DNA of 63,231 bases from Ignavibacteriota bacterium (lineage in GTDB: Bacteria > Bacteroidota > Ignavibacteria > Kapaibacteriales > UBA2268): the NCBI GenBank assembly GCA_016219595.1, contig JACRLY010000035.1, positions 1-63,231 of the forward strand, in the 5' to 3' direction. The notes under the pieces were generated by a model that saw only the letters and a list, made by a program, of their open reading frames with translations, searched no databases and had not been told where the DNA came from. Of this stretch, positions 1 to 8,938 are shown piece after piece. The translations under genes were made by a program, and so were the position numbers. Each line of letters begins with the position of its first letter. Position 1 is the stretch's first letter.

Positions 1-1239
1 CTTGAAGATAACCTGAAAAAATCAGGCATTCCAGATGTCAGGATAATACCTACAGAAGGACATTCTATTATATATGGTGAATGGCTTGATGCCGGCAAAG
101 ATAAACCGACAATACTTATTTATGGTCATTACGATGTACAACCGGTTGACCCGATAGACCTCTGGAATTCCAAACCATTTGAGCCGGAAATAAGGAATGG
201 AAAAATCTGGGCAAGAGGAACTGCAGATGATAAAGGGCAATTATTCTGCCATGTAAAAGCAATTGAATCACATTTTAAGGCAAACGGGAAATTGCCTGTT
301 AATGTAAAGATACTTTTCGAAGGGGAAGAAGAAGCAATGGAAAGCCACCTTGATGAATTTATTATTAATAATGCTGAACTACTTTCCTGCGATACTGCAG
401 TTATATCAGATACAGAATGGTTCGCTGAAGGATTGCCTACTATATGTTATGGATTAAGGGGAATATCATTAGCAGAAGTAACCGTTACCGGTCCCAACAG
501 GGATGTCCATTCGGGTTCATTCGGCGGAGGAATTGATAATCCTCTTAATGTATTATGTTGGATGGTGGCTCAGCTAAGAGACAGGTATGGAAGAATAAGG
601 ATACCGGGATTTTATGATAATATTGTGAAATTAACTGAAGAAGAAAGGGAAGCATATAAGCTTCTTCCATATAATGAAAAATTATATTGTGAGGATTTGG
701 GGATAAATTCAGTATTCGGAGAAATAGGGTATAGCACACTTGAACGTGTCTGGGCGCGACCTTCATTAGATTTAAATGGCATTGTCGGAGGATATACAGG
801 AGAAGGAGCCAAGACTATTATACCATCGAAAGCAAGTGCGAAAATATCCATGAGGCTTGTGCCAAACCAGGAACCTGAAGATATAGCAAAAAAGCTGGAA
901 TCATATTTGAAATTAATTGCTCCGCCAACAGTGAAAATCGAAGTAACGGCGAGGGCAGGGGGAAAGCCTGTTCTGACACCGTTGATTGATCCAGCAATAA
1001 AAGCAGCAACAAAGGCATTGAAACTTGCATTCGGCAAAGAGCCTGTATTTATGCGGGAAGGCGGCTCAATTCCTGTTGCAGAATTATTCCAGAGTGTATT
1101 AAAAGCAAATACCGTGTTTATGGGATTCGGATTACCTACCGATAACATACATTCACCAAATGAGAATTACGAATTGAATAATTTTTATAACGGAATAAAA
1201 GCAATTGCATATTATCTGGAAGAATTCTCCAAGCAGTAG
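1..1239 (+). CDS. M20-family metallo-dipeptidase (ArgE/DapE/carnosinase-like), 5' end outside window
   Basis: Frame +1 is open from nt 1 into the listed 292..1239 ORF. Upstream translation reads ...KPTILIYGHYDVQPVDPIDLWNSKPFEPEIRNGKIWARGTADDKGQLF...; downstream has ...VHSGSFGGGIDNP... and ...FMREGGSIPV.... These are typical M20 metal-ligand and dimerisation-domain motifs. Confidence 0.85.
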   Translation, partial: LEDNLKKSGIPDVRIIPTEGHSIIYGEWLDAGKDKPTILIYGHYDVQPVDPIDLWNSKPFEPEIRNGKIWARGTADDKGQLFCHVKAIESHFKANGKLPVNVKILFEGEEEAMESHLDEFIINNAELLSCDTAVISDTEWFAEGLPTICYGLRGISLAEVTVTGPNRDVHSGSFGGGIDNPLNVLCWMVAQLRDRYGRIRIPGFYDNIVKLTEEEREAYKLLPYNEKLYCEDLGINSVFGEIGYSTLERVWARPSLDLNGIVGGYTGEGAKTIIPSKASAKISMRLVPNQEPEDIAKKLESYLKLIAPPTVKIEVTARAGGKPVLTPLIDPAIKAATKALKLAFGKEPVFMREGGSIPVAELFQSVLKANTVFMGFGLPTDNIHSPNENYELNNFYNGIKAIAYYLEEFSKQ

Positions 1240-1557
1240 TAAAATAAACATAATAATAGTTAGAATTTTATTTTAATTTTATTTTGAATAGCCACTATCT
1301 TTAGATTGTGGATGTTAATGATTTGGTTACGACTTTAGTCACTAATTTTTATTAGGGGATAAATCCCGAATGTGGGGGTCATATTTTTCCACTATTTAAA
1401 AATAGTGGCTATTCATTTATTATAAAAGAATGACATCTTTATTGAATTGGTAGTACCACAAAAAAAATAATTTCTGATTTCCAAGTCGTTTGGTATCTTT
1501 GTAAGATATAATAAATATGAAGAACAAAATAATTATTTTAAGAAATAAGGAGTGATT

Positions 1558-3606
1558 ATGGCGGAAGAGAAAAAGTTTGTACCATTTGTTTCCCCGGATA
1601 CATCCCTACCTGAAATGACGATGAAGGCTTTAGTTCTCGGTTTAATTATGGCAGTAGTATTAGGCGCTGCAAATGCATATCTTGGATTGAAAGCAGGTAT
1701 GACCATAGCTGCAACCTATCCAGCTGCAGTTATCGGAATGGCAGTTTTAAGGCTTATGAAAGGCTCGATTTTAGAGGAAAACATTGCCAGAACTGTCGGT
1801 TCGATAGGTGAATCGGTAGCAGCCGGAGCAATATTCACAATTCCTGCTTTTATGATAGCAGGAATCTGGGATGGAGCTAATTTCGGCAGTTTCAGGTATT
1901 ATGTTGAAACATCGGCGATTTTGTTAGTGGGTGGTGTGATTGGAATTTTATTTGTAACAATCCTCAGACGTGTTATGGTGGAGGATAAAGAATTACCATT
2001 CCCTGAATCAGTAGCAGCAGGTGAAATTCATAAAGCAGGCAGGTCAGGTAAAAGCGGAGCTAAGTTTCTCTTTAGTGCCATGGGTATAGGCGGATTAATC
2101 CAGGTTTTGATTAAGATTAAATTCTTAGCAGCCGGATGGGAACATTTTATATCATTTGCATCAAAAAAGATAACATTGGCAAATGGAACTTCAGTAACAA
2201 CCAGCGGTGGCGGTTTGTTGAGCACACCGGGTGTGAGTCCGGCTTATATGGGTGTCGGATACATCATCGGTCCTAACCTCGCTGCATTAAACTTTACCGG
2301 AGGTTTGTTAGCGTGGGGTTTGTTTGTACCATTGCTTATGTATTTTCTCGGTCCACAAATTTCTGCTGAAATGTCAACTAATGGAACAGCAATTAATGGT
2401 GAAACATGGATTGGTGTTGCAACCAGCATTTGGAAATCAATTGTAAGACCAATAGCAATAGGCGGTATGCTGATGAGTGCCGCTTATACACTTTTTAAAA
2501 TGAGAAAAAGCCTTGCTGCCGGATTAAAAAGAGCAATAGGAGATGTTTCTAAAGCAGCTACAAGCGGTAAAGCAGCAGAAGACAGAACACAGAAGGACAT
2601 GAATTTTAAATGGGTGTTTATTGGCATCGGTCTTGCCGGAATAGCCACTTTCTTTATTTACAATTATTATGCACAAAATGTATTAGCCGCATTAGTAGCA
2701 ACATTAGTCATGATTATTGCCGGATTCTTTTTCTCGGCAGTATCAGGCTATCTTGTCGGATTAATCGGCTCAAGTAATAATCCGATAAGCGGATTAACCA
2801 TTTCTACTTTAATTGTTGCTGCAATATTGATGGTTGCACTCGGAATGAAGGGAGCGCAAGGTATAGCAGCAGTTCTTGGTGTGGCGGCAGTTGTATGCGT
2901 TGGTGCCGCAGTGGCAGGTGAGATGTTACAGGATTTGAAAGTAGGTCATATCCTTGGCGGTACGCCATGGAAAATGCAGGTTGGTGATTTATTCGGGATT
3001 CTTTTGTCTGCTGCAGTGATGTTCTGGCCTCTATGGCTATTGCACCAGGGCGACATCAGTGAACACGGTGGTCAGTTTATACAGGGTGTAACAGGTCTCG
3101 GAGGGGAAAACTATTCTGCACCTCAAGCTTCTCTTATGGCTATTGTATCAACAGGTATTGTAGGCGGAGATATGGCTTGGCCACTTATTGTAGTCGGTAT
3201 ATTAATGGCGATTGGATTTATTCTTTTGAAAGTGAAAAGTCCGATGCTTGTATGCGTTGGAATGTATCTTCCATTAGAAACATCATTTGCAATTTTTATC
3301 GGCGGTTTGATTAAAGGATTGTATGAAAAGTTTGCAGCAAGAGCAAAATTCAATGAGAATCAGAAAGCGAGAAGCGAAAACGTAGGTGTACTATTAGCGG
3401 CTGGATTAATCGCAGGTGAGGCATTAATAGGATTACTGTTTGCAGCATTAGCCATATTTAATGTGAAGAGTGATTTACCATCATTCTTAAATCTTCCGTT
3501 CTTTGTGAGCTTGCTGGTGTTCGTAGCAGTTGGTTACATACTTGTTCGTATTCCGATGAAGAATGCAGGTAATCCGGATGAACCGGCACCGCCGATGACG
3601 ATGTGA
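1558..3606 (+). CDS. OPT-superfamily oligopeptide transporter
   Basis: Large polytopic membrane ORF. The N-terminus ...LGLKAGMTIAATYPAAVIGMAVL... and the overall layout match OPT-family transporters. AAGGAG lies 6 nt upstream of ATG 1558 (the ORF track starts at GTG 1552). Confidence 0.8.
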   Translation: MAEEKKFVPFVSPDTSLPEMTMKALVLGLIMAVVLGAANAYLGLKAGMTIAATYPAAVIGMAVLRLMKGSILEENIARTVGSIGESVAAGAIFTIPAFMIAGIWDGANFGSFRYYVETSAILLVGGVIGILFVTILRRVMVEDKELPFPESVAAGEIHKAGRSGKSGAKFLFSAMGIGGLIQVLIKIKFLAAGWEHFISFASKKITLANGTSVTTSGGGLLSTPGVSPAYMGVGYIIGPNLAALNFTGGLLAWGLFVPLLMYFLGPQISAEMSTNGTAINGETWIGVATSIWKSIVRPIAIGGMLMSAAYTLFKMRKSLAAGLKRAIGDVSKAATSGKAAEDRTQKDMNFKWVFIGIGLAGIATFFIYNYYAQNVLAALVATLVMIIAGFFFSAVSGYLVGLIGSSNNPISGLTISTLIVAAILMVALGMKGAQGIAAVLGVAAVVCVGAAVAGEMLQDLKVGHILGGTPWKMQVGDLFGILLSAAVMFWPLWLLHQGDISEHGGQFIQGVTGLGGENYSAPQASLMAIVSTGIVGGDMAWPLIVVGILMAIGFILLKVKSPMLVCVGMYLPLETSFAIFIGGLIKGLYEKFAARAKFNENQKARSENVGVLLAAGLIAGEALIGLLFAALAIFNVKSDLPSFLNLPFFVSLLVFVAVGYILVRIPMKNAGNPDEPAPPMTM

Positions 3607-3624
3607 TATAATTTATAATAATAT

Positions 3625-3662
3625 AAAACCCGCTTTGAGTAATCAGAACGGGTTTTTTTTGT
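3625..3662 (+). terminator. Rho-independent terminator after the OPT gene
   Basis: aaaacccg (3625-3632) pairs with cgggtttt (3649-3656) and is followed by a T-run, 19 nt after the stop codon. Confidence 0.75.
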
Positions 3663-3696
3663 TTTCCTTTATTTTAATAAATGTTGTCTATTAAAT

Positions 3697-3724
3697 TTTG
3701 AATTCTGAATGCTGAATGCTGAAT
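3697..3724 (+). repeat. Heptamer-periodic tract, 4 x NNTGAAT
   Basis: tttgaat tctgaat gctgaat gctgaat in perfect 7-nt phase. Same unit as at 14090..14124. Confidence 0.8.
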
Positions 3725-3770
3725 TGTGGTTATATATTTTATGAAATTCATTTAAGCAAATTGTCTGAAT

Positions 3771-4020
3771 TAGGATTTGTAGGATTTATTGGATTACAGG
3801 ATTTTTTTCATACAAAAAGTTAGAATTGTGATTAGTGTGAGGTGGTTCGAATGTAGGAATTGGGCTGTGTTTTGGGTTCTGTCCCCATTCTGAAGAGTGG
3901 GGGTAATGTATCATGAAGGGCACAAGTAGTCTGAACATGATTTATAGGATTAAGATATTACAGGATTTTTCACGCACATAGTCTGAACTATGATTCACCT
4001 GATTAATCTGATTTCACAGA
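3771..4020. repeat. Degenerate GGATT/GATT-rich 8-10-nt periodic tracts plus a ~52-nt tandem duplication
   Basis: taggatttgt aggatttatt ggattac aggatttttt (3771-3808). tagtctgaacatgattta...(3927-) is repeated as tagtctgaactatgattca...(3979-). A similar motif, ctaagattaaggatttacaaatttatgatt, occurs at 5231-5260. Confidence 0.55.
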
Positions 4021-4078
4021 TATTTTATAACAACCCAAAAACACTGGAAGTTCAATAATTGTTAGTTTATAATACACT

Positions 4079-4627
4079 CTATTTAACATATTCTAGTTCT
4101 AATAGATTACTACTCAATGTATCAATTGCATCAAAATGATTATGAAAAAAATCCTGGTAAAATAATCTCAGTTTATATCTTCCAAATAATTGATTTCGTT
4201 TTTCGGGGAATTTCATATAATATGGTGTTGGAAATAATTCTGTAAAATCAATTTGAAATAAAAATCTAATTGATTCACCCGGTTTAATAATATAATATTC
4301 ATTTTCTTCAGGAGGTGCGGGATCAATAATAGAATTTAATGCAGAAGTCATATCAAGAGAATCATTATATGTAATTTTTAAATACCAATAAGCATTTAAT
4401 ATGCTTCTATTATCAAATTTTCTTTTTACAAAAGCAATCTTATTTTGTTCGTTGTTTGTTATTTTAAAATATAAGTAAAGTGTATCCTTAACTGTTATTA
4501 TTTTTTGAGTAGAATTTAGTTCGAGTTTTACATTATGAACATAATTTTGACATTTTAATCCTAGAAAAACAAAAATTGTTAATAATACAAATGTACATTC
4601 TATCAAAATCCTGTGTAGATTAATCAT
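4079..4627 (-). CDS. Hypothetical protein with an N-terminal hydrophobic segment (secreted or membrane-anchored)
   Basis: 182-aa ORF. One N-terminal hydrophobic helix (CTFVLLTIFVFLGL). No recognisable catalytic motif. Confidence 0.5.
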   Translation of the reverse strand: MINLHRILIECTFVLLTIFVFLGLKCQNYVHNVKLELNSTQKIITVKDTLYLYFKITNNEQNKIAFVKRKFDNRSILNAYWYLKITYNDSLDMTSALNSIIDPAPPEENEYYIIKPGESIRFLFQIDFTELFPTPYYMKFPEKRNQLFGRYKLRLFYQDFFHNHFDAIDTLSSNLLELEYVK

Positions 4628-4704
4628 TTAGACTAAAAAATTTCAAAATGTAAGTTTAATAAAATTGAACAAAATACTAATTTCAGAATTGTAATCCCGT
4701 TTAT

Positions 4705-5103
4705 TTACATTTCAGATTTATAGCAACAAATATTTAAATCCATATTCAATTTGCCTATTCTTCTTAATAAATCACTATCAAAACTCATATCGCATTGAGT
4801 TTCATAAAATATTGATACCATTATTCTTATGTCATCAATATTGCTTTTACTTATTTGAAGTTGGTTTTTCTCTAAAAATTCAATTATCCACTCGAGTTGA
4901 ACAATTTCATTTTCATCAAGAAGTTCATCAGGAGGAAAAACTTCAACCAAGCCATAAGGAATGGGTTTATCTTTATATCTCCCTTTTGAACCTATATCAC
5001 CTATTTCTGTTTTTTCAGTAAAATTATACTTAATTTTTTTTTCTAATTTTCCGGGTGAAAAATTTTCACCGATGAAATTACAAGATACTTTTGCTCTTAA
5101 CAT
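4705..5103 (-). CDS. Hypothetical small cytoplasmic protein, possibly DUF4279-like
   Basis: 132-aa ORF. The pattern F.P..L...(n)...G..G.KGR....P.P.G...(n)...L..L resembles DUF4279. This is recognition by eye only. Confidence 0.4.
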   Translation of the reverse strand: MLRAKVSCNFIGENFSPGKLEKKIKYNFTEKTEIGDIGSKGRYKDKPIPYGLVEVFPPDELLDENEIVQLEWIIEFLEKNQLQISKSNIDDIRIMVSIFYETQCDMSFDSDLLRRIGKLNMDLNICCYKSEM

Positions 5104-5299
5104 GCTTACCTCTAATATAATATATTATCAAGGCATTGATTCTTTAGTTATTTATTTCAATTCCAGAAAATATAATAATCAATTTATGAAATTTTTTTTA
5201 TTAAGAAGAATTATTTACTCAAATTAAATTCTAAGATTAAGGATTTACAAATTTATGATTAAATTGCATTCTTTTGTAATTTAGAATGGTTCAAATATA

Positions 5300-5665
5300 T
5301 TGGGTTGGTTTTCAAAAGATAAAGAAGAATTGAATTACCTGGAGATGACTCCTGTCAGGAACTACGGACATGAAATAAATAACAGTAATTTGATTGATGT
5401 GCTTGTGCCGAAATTCAAAAGCGAATTTCTCAGAAATTTTCTTGTACCGAGGAGCCGTTCTCCATATATTAAAGCGAATATGGATGAATTTGGCTCTGAG
5501 ACATGGCTTTTGATGGATGGAGAGAATAAAGTTGAATTCATAGCGGATAAACTGAATGAAAAATTCGGAGACAGGATTCAGCCTGTGCTTGGAAGATTGA
5601 CAACATTTTTAACTAATTTGTATAAAAACGGTTTTATTTCATTTAAGGAAATTGAAAGGAAATAA
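5300..5665 (+). CDS. PqqD-family (RRE-like) small protein
   Basis: 121 aa. ...DVLVPKFKSEFLRNFLVPRSRSPYIKANMDEFGSETWLLMDGENKVEFIADKLNEKFGDRIQPVLGRLTTFLTNLYKNGFISFKE matches the conserved stand-alone PqqD-family protein of Bacteroidota-like genomes, as I recall it. TTG start; the alternative ATG at 5345 would remove N-terminal residues. Confidence 0.65.
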   Translation: MGWFSKDKEELNYLEMTPVRNYGHEINNSNLIDVLVPKFKSEFLRNFLVPRSRSPYIKANMDEFGSETWLLMDGENKVEFIADKLNEKFGDRIQPVLGRLTTFLTNLYKNGFISFKEIERK

Positions 5666-5666
5666 T

Positions 5667-7127
5667 ATGGGAAAAATACTTGGGCATTTAGAGCCAAAAG
5701 CAGTATGGAACTACTTCGAGGAAATTTGCCAATATCCTCGTCCATCCAAAAAAGAAGAAAAAATTGCCGCTTATATGATGAGCTGGGCAAAGGAAAACTA
5801 TTTTGAAACCAAGAGGGACAAAGCAGGTAATATCGTTGTACGCAAGCCTGCAACCAAAGGTATGGAAAACCGAAAACCGATTGCCATACAGGGACACATC
5901 GACATGGTTTGCGAAAAGAATAATGATGTAAAATTCGATTTCGATAAGGACGCTATTCAGCCGTGGATTGACGGTGACTGGGTGAAGGCAAAAGGTACGA
6001 CATTGGGTGCTGATAACGGCATCGGTGTCGCTATGGGTATGGCATTGATGACATCAACAAATGTAGCACATCCGCCACTTGAATTATTACTCACAGTTGA
6101 TGAGGAGACAGGTTTGACCGGTGCTATTCAGCTTGGAAAAGGGATGTTGAATGCACAGATATTGATTAATCTCGATTCGGAAGAGGATGGAACTTTTACA
6201 ATCGGATGTGCAGGAGGGCAGAATACATCGGCATTATTCAATTATAAGAAAGATAAATATCCGGCAAATACTATTCCTTATGAAATCGCATTGAAAGGCA
6301 TGAGGGGTGGACATTCGGGAATTGAAATACATGACGGCAGAGCAAATGCACTTAAGCTGATGACAAGAGTATTGACGAATCTTACGGAAATGTTTGACGT
6401 TAGATTATCGAGTATTTATGGTGGAAATAAGCATAATGCAATTCCAAGGGAATCATTTGCCACAGTGCTTGTGTCGAGAGCAAAAGAAAAGAATTTCCTG
6501 AAAGAAGTTAAAAAGTTCGATAAAATTTTGAAAGAAGAATACCAATCAAAAGAACCGACATTAAATTTATCGCCAAAGAAAACAGGAAAGCCGGATAAAA
6601 TTATGACAAAAGGATTCCAGGAGAAATTACTCAAATCATTTTATTCGATGCCGCATGGAGTAATCAGGATGAGTCCCGATATGAAAGACCTTGTTCAGAC
6701 ATCAACAAACTTTGCAGTAGTCGAAACAAGAGATAAACACGTTTATGTATTGACAAGCCAGAGAAGTTCTGTAGCAAGTGAGAGTGTTGATATTGCAGCA
6801 ATGGTGAGATATGTACTTGAACTTGGAGGTGCGAAGGTAACTCACGGAGACGGTTATCCCGCATGGCAGCCGAATATAAATTCACCGATACTAAAAGAAG
6901 CAACTGCTATATATAAGAAAATGTATGGAAAAGATGCAATCGTACAGGCGATTCATGCCGGACTCGAAACAGGTTTGATTGCCGAGAAATATCTCGGAAT
7001 GGATATGCTGTCATTCGGTCCAAATTTGAAGGAAGTACATTCACCGGCAGAGATGGTTCAGATTTCGACAACGAAAAAATGCTGGGAATTGCTGGTAGAG
7101 ATAGTGAAGAATATACCGGCGAAGTGA
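5667..7127 (+). CDS. pepD: Aminoacyl-histidine (Xaa-His) dipeptidase PepD, M20C
   Basis: Motifs GHIDMVCEKN, TTLGADNGIGVAMGMAL, LLLTVDEETGLTGA and MRGGHSGIEIHDG. ATG 5667 lies 1 nt after the PqqD-like stop (TAA 5663-5665), with AAGGA upstream. Confidence 0.9.
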   Translation: MGKILGHLEPKAVWNYFEEICQYPRPSKKEEKIAAYMMSWAKENYFETKRDKAGNIVVRKPATKGMENRKPIAIQGHIDMVCEKNNDVKFDFDKDAIQPWIDGDWVKAKGTTLGADNGIGVAMGMALMTSTNVAHPPLELLLTVDEETGLTGAIQLGKGMLNAQILINLDSEEDGTFTIGCAGGQNTSALFNYKKDKYPANTIPYEIALKGMRGGHSGIEIHDGRANALKLMTRVLTNLTEMFDVRLSSIYGGNKHNAIPRESFATVLVSRAKEKNFLKEVKKFDKILKEEYQSKEPTLNLSPKKTGKPDKIMTKGFQEKLLKSFYSMPHGVIRMSPDMKDLVQTSTNFAVVETRDKHVYVLTSQRSSVASESVDIAAMVRYVLELGGAKVTHGDGYPAWQPNINSPILKEATAIYKKMYGKDAIVQAIHAGLETGLIAEKYLGMDMLSFGPNLKEVHSPAEMVQISTTKKCWELLVEIVKNIPAK

Positions 7128-7190
7128 AGCAGAATATAGATGATTGCAAAAAGAAAATAGCAAAAAGAAAATATAAGCAGAAGAAAAGAG
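7128..7190 (+). repeat. Purine-rich heptamer-phased tract including a perfect 14-nt tandem duplication
   Basis: Starts on the first base after the pepD stop: agcagaa tatagat gattgca aaaagaa aatagca aaaagaa aatataa gcagaag aaaagag. gcaaaaagaaaata occurs at 7146-7159 and again at 7160-7173. Confidence 0.7.
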
Positions 7191-7313
7191 TAAATTTTAA
7201 TATAAAATAATAAATTTTTAAAGTCCCAAAACAGATTATAAAAAAAATTGATATTTAATTTGTTAGAAATAACAATTGATTGCGAAACATTAGTTTTACA
7301 GTGATTTATTTAT

Positions 7314-7346
7314 ATGTAGGGGGCAGAAGATATTCTGCCCCTACAT
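7314..7346. other. Strong GC-rich hairpin (TGTAGGGGCAGAA / TTCTGCCCCTACA)
   Basis: atgtagggggcagaa-gata-ttctgcccctacat: 14 bp with one bulged G, 21 nt upstream of the MFS start codon. No clean U-run follows. The stem core TGTAGGG/CCCTACA recurs in the serC terminator (52832..52863). Confidence 0.7.
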
Positions 7347-7367
7347 TATGTATATAACGGGAAAAAA

Positions 7368-8708
7368 ATGACAGAAGCAATAGATTTAAAGAAAGAGGTT
7401 CCGGCAATTTTAAGATGGTCGGTATTGGTCATTATATCATTTGCCATGTTTGGCAATTATTATATATATGACAGTATAAGTCCATTAGCCGACCTGCTGG
7501 CAAAAGACCTGCATTTTACTGATTCGGACATTGGATTGTTACAAGGGATTTACAGTTTCCCCAATATAATAATGGTACTGATTGGCGGTATGATTATTGA
7601 CCGAATCGGAACTAAAAAGGGTGCATTGATTTTTACCGTTCTTGTCATGATTGGTGCAATTGTTACGACATTTAAGGGTAACATATACAGCATGGCAGCG
7701 GGAAGATTGATATTCGGGCTGGGTGCGGAGTCAATGATTGTTGCGATAACAACTGTAATTGCAAGATGGTTTAAGGGGAAGGAATTATCGTTTGCATTCG
7801 GAATCAATCTTACTGTAGCCCGTCTTGGTTCTTTTCTTGCATTAAATTCACCGACCTGGGGGAAATCTTTTTATACAAGCTGGCAGGGACCATTGTGGAT
7901 TACAATCGGAGCGGGTGTATTTGCCGTATTTTGCCTGATTGTGTTTTATTTCATAGATACATATTGTGATAAGAGATATTTATTGGAGAAAGAAGGAGCC
8001 CAGGATAAAGTAGTATTTAAAGAGCTATTTTCATTCGGCAGGTCATTTTGGTTTATCACATTGTTATGTGTAACATTTTATTCGGCAATGTTTCCATTCC
8101 AGACATTTGCGATTAAATTTTTCCAGGAGGTACATGGGACATCGAGGGAAGTAGGAGGCAACTTATCTTCAATACTGACACTTGCGGCTATGATATGCAC
8201 ACCTTTATTCGGATTATTAGCTGATAAAATCGGGAAAAGGTCGATATTAATGATGTTCGGTGCATTATTAATCATACCTGTATACCTGATAATGGCATAT
8301 AAAGTAGATATCGCAACAACACTCGGATTGACCGGATTTATTAATATTGACGTAGCTTTTATGGATATTCATTCTAGAATACCTATATATTTAATAGTAC
8401 CGATGTCAATGATGGGAATAGCATTTTCACTTATTCCGGCAGTAATGTGGCCATCGGTGGCATTGATAGTAAAACATTCAAAGCTCGGGACTGCTTATGG
8501 ATTGATGACAATGATACAGAACATTGGTCTATGGGGAACGAATGTAGTGATTGGGGCTGTAAATGATATGACACACGGATATACGACAGGGATGTGGCTT
8601 TTTTCATCATTAGGATTTTTCGGATTATTTTTCGCATTTATGCTATGGAAAAATGAAATGGGACCAAATAGTCATGGATTGGAAAATCCCAAATTAGTAG
8701 AGAAATAA
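7368..8708 (+). CDS. MFS transporter
   Basis: 446-aa ORF made of about 12 hydrophobic segments in two halves, with a loop motif like GGMIIDRIGTKKG (MFS signature region). Confidence 0.75.
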   Translation: MTEAIDLKKEVPAILRWSVLVIISFAMFGNYYIYDSISPLADLLAKDLHFTDSDIGLLQGIYSFPNIIMVLIGGMIIDRIGTKKGALIFTVLVMIGAIVTTFKGNIYSMAAGRLIFGLGAESMIVAITTVIARWFKGKELSFAFGINLTVARLGSFLALNSPTWGKSFYTSWQGPLWITIGAGVFAVFCLIVFYFIDTYCDKRYLLEKEGAQDKVVFKELFSFGRSFWFITLLCVTFYSAMFPFQTFAIKFFQEVHGTSREVGGNLSSILTLAAMICTPLFGLLADKIGKRSILMMFGALLIIPVYLIMAYKVDIATTLGLTGFINIDVAFMDIHSRIPIYLIVPMSMMGIAFSLIPAVMWPSVALIVKHSKLGTAYGLMTMIQNIGLWGTNVVIGAVNDMTHGYTTGMWLFSSLGFFGLFFAFMLWKNEMGPNSHGLENPKLVEK

Positions 8709-8938
8709 GCAAAAATTATCGGGAAAATATTATAAAAAAGTTTTTCCTGATTTCCTAAAGATTTGATAAATTAAAGTTATAGAATAATTCAAAATTATTT
8801 ATTATTATTACATTGCTACAATTGGTAGCATTACTTCTTATTCAAATTCCTTATTAAAAAAGTTGACAATTGTTTGAGATATTGAAATAATAAGAAGACT
8901 TTTAATTAAAACCATTTTTTAAACTAAATGAGAATATT

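Noticed and set aside
612-1148. 178-aa antisense ORF. The same applies to other long antisense ORFs such as 47588..48010, 56602..56973, 58917..59390 and 62183..62683.
   Set aside because: Each lies wholly inside a gene with strong family motifs on the other strand. None shows a recognisable motif or RBS. They are shadow ORFs.
8863-8891. Sigma-70-like promoter (TTGACA-17 nt-AATAAT) upstream of the aminopeptidase gene
   Set aside because: It is plausible, but in such AT-rich DNA near-consensus hexamers occur by chance, and the promoter consensus for this lineage is uncertain. It is not reported as a feature.
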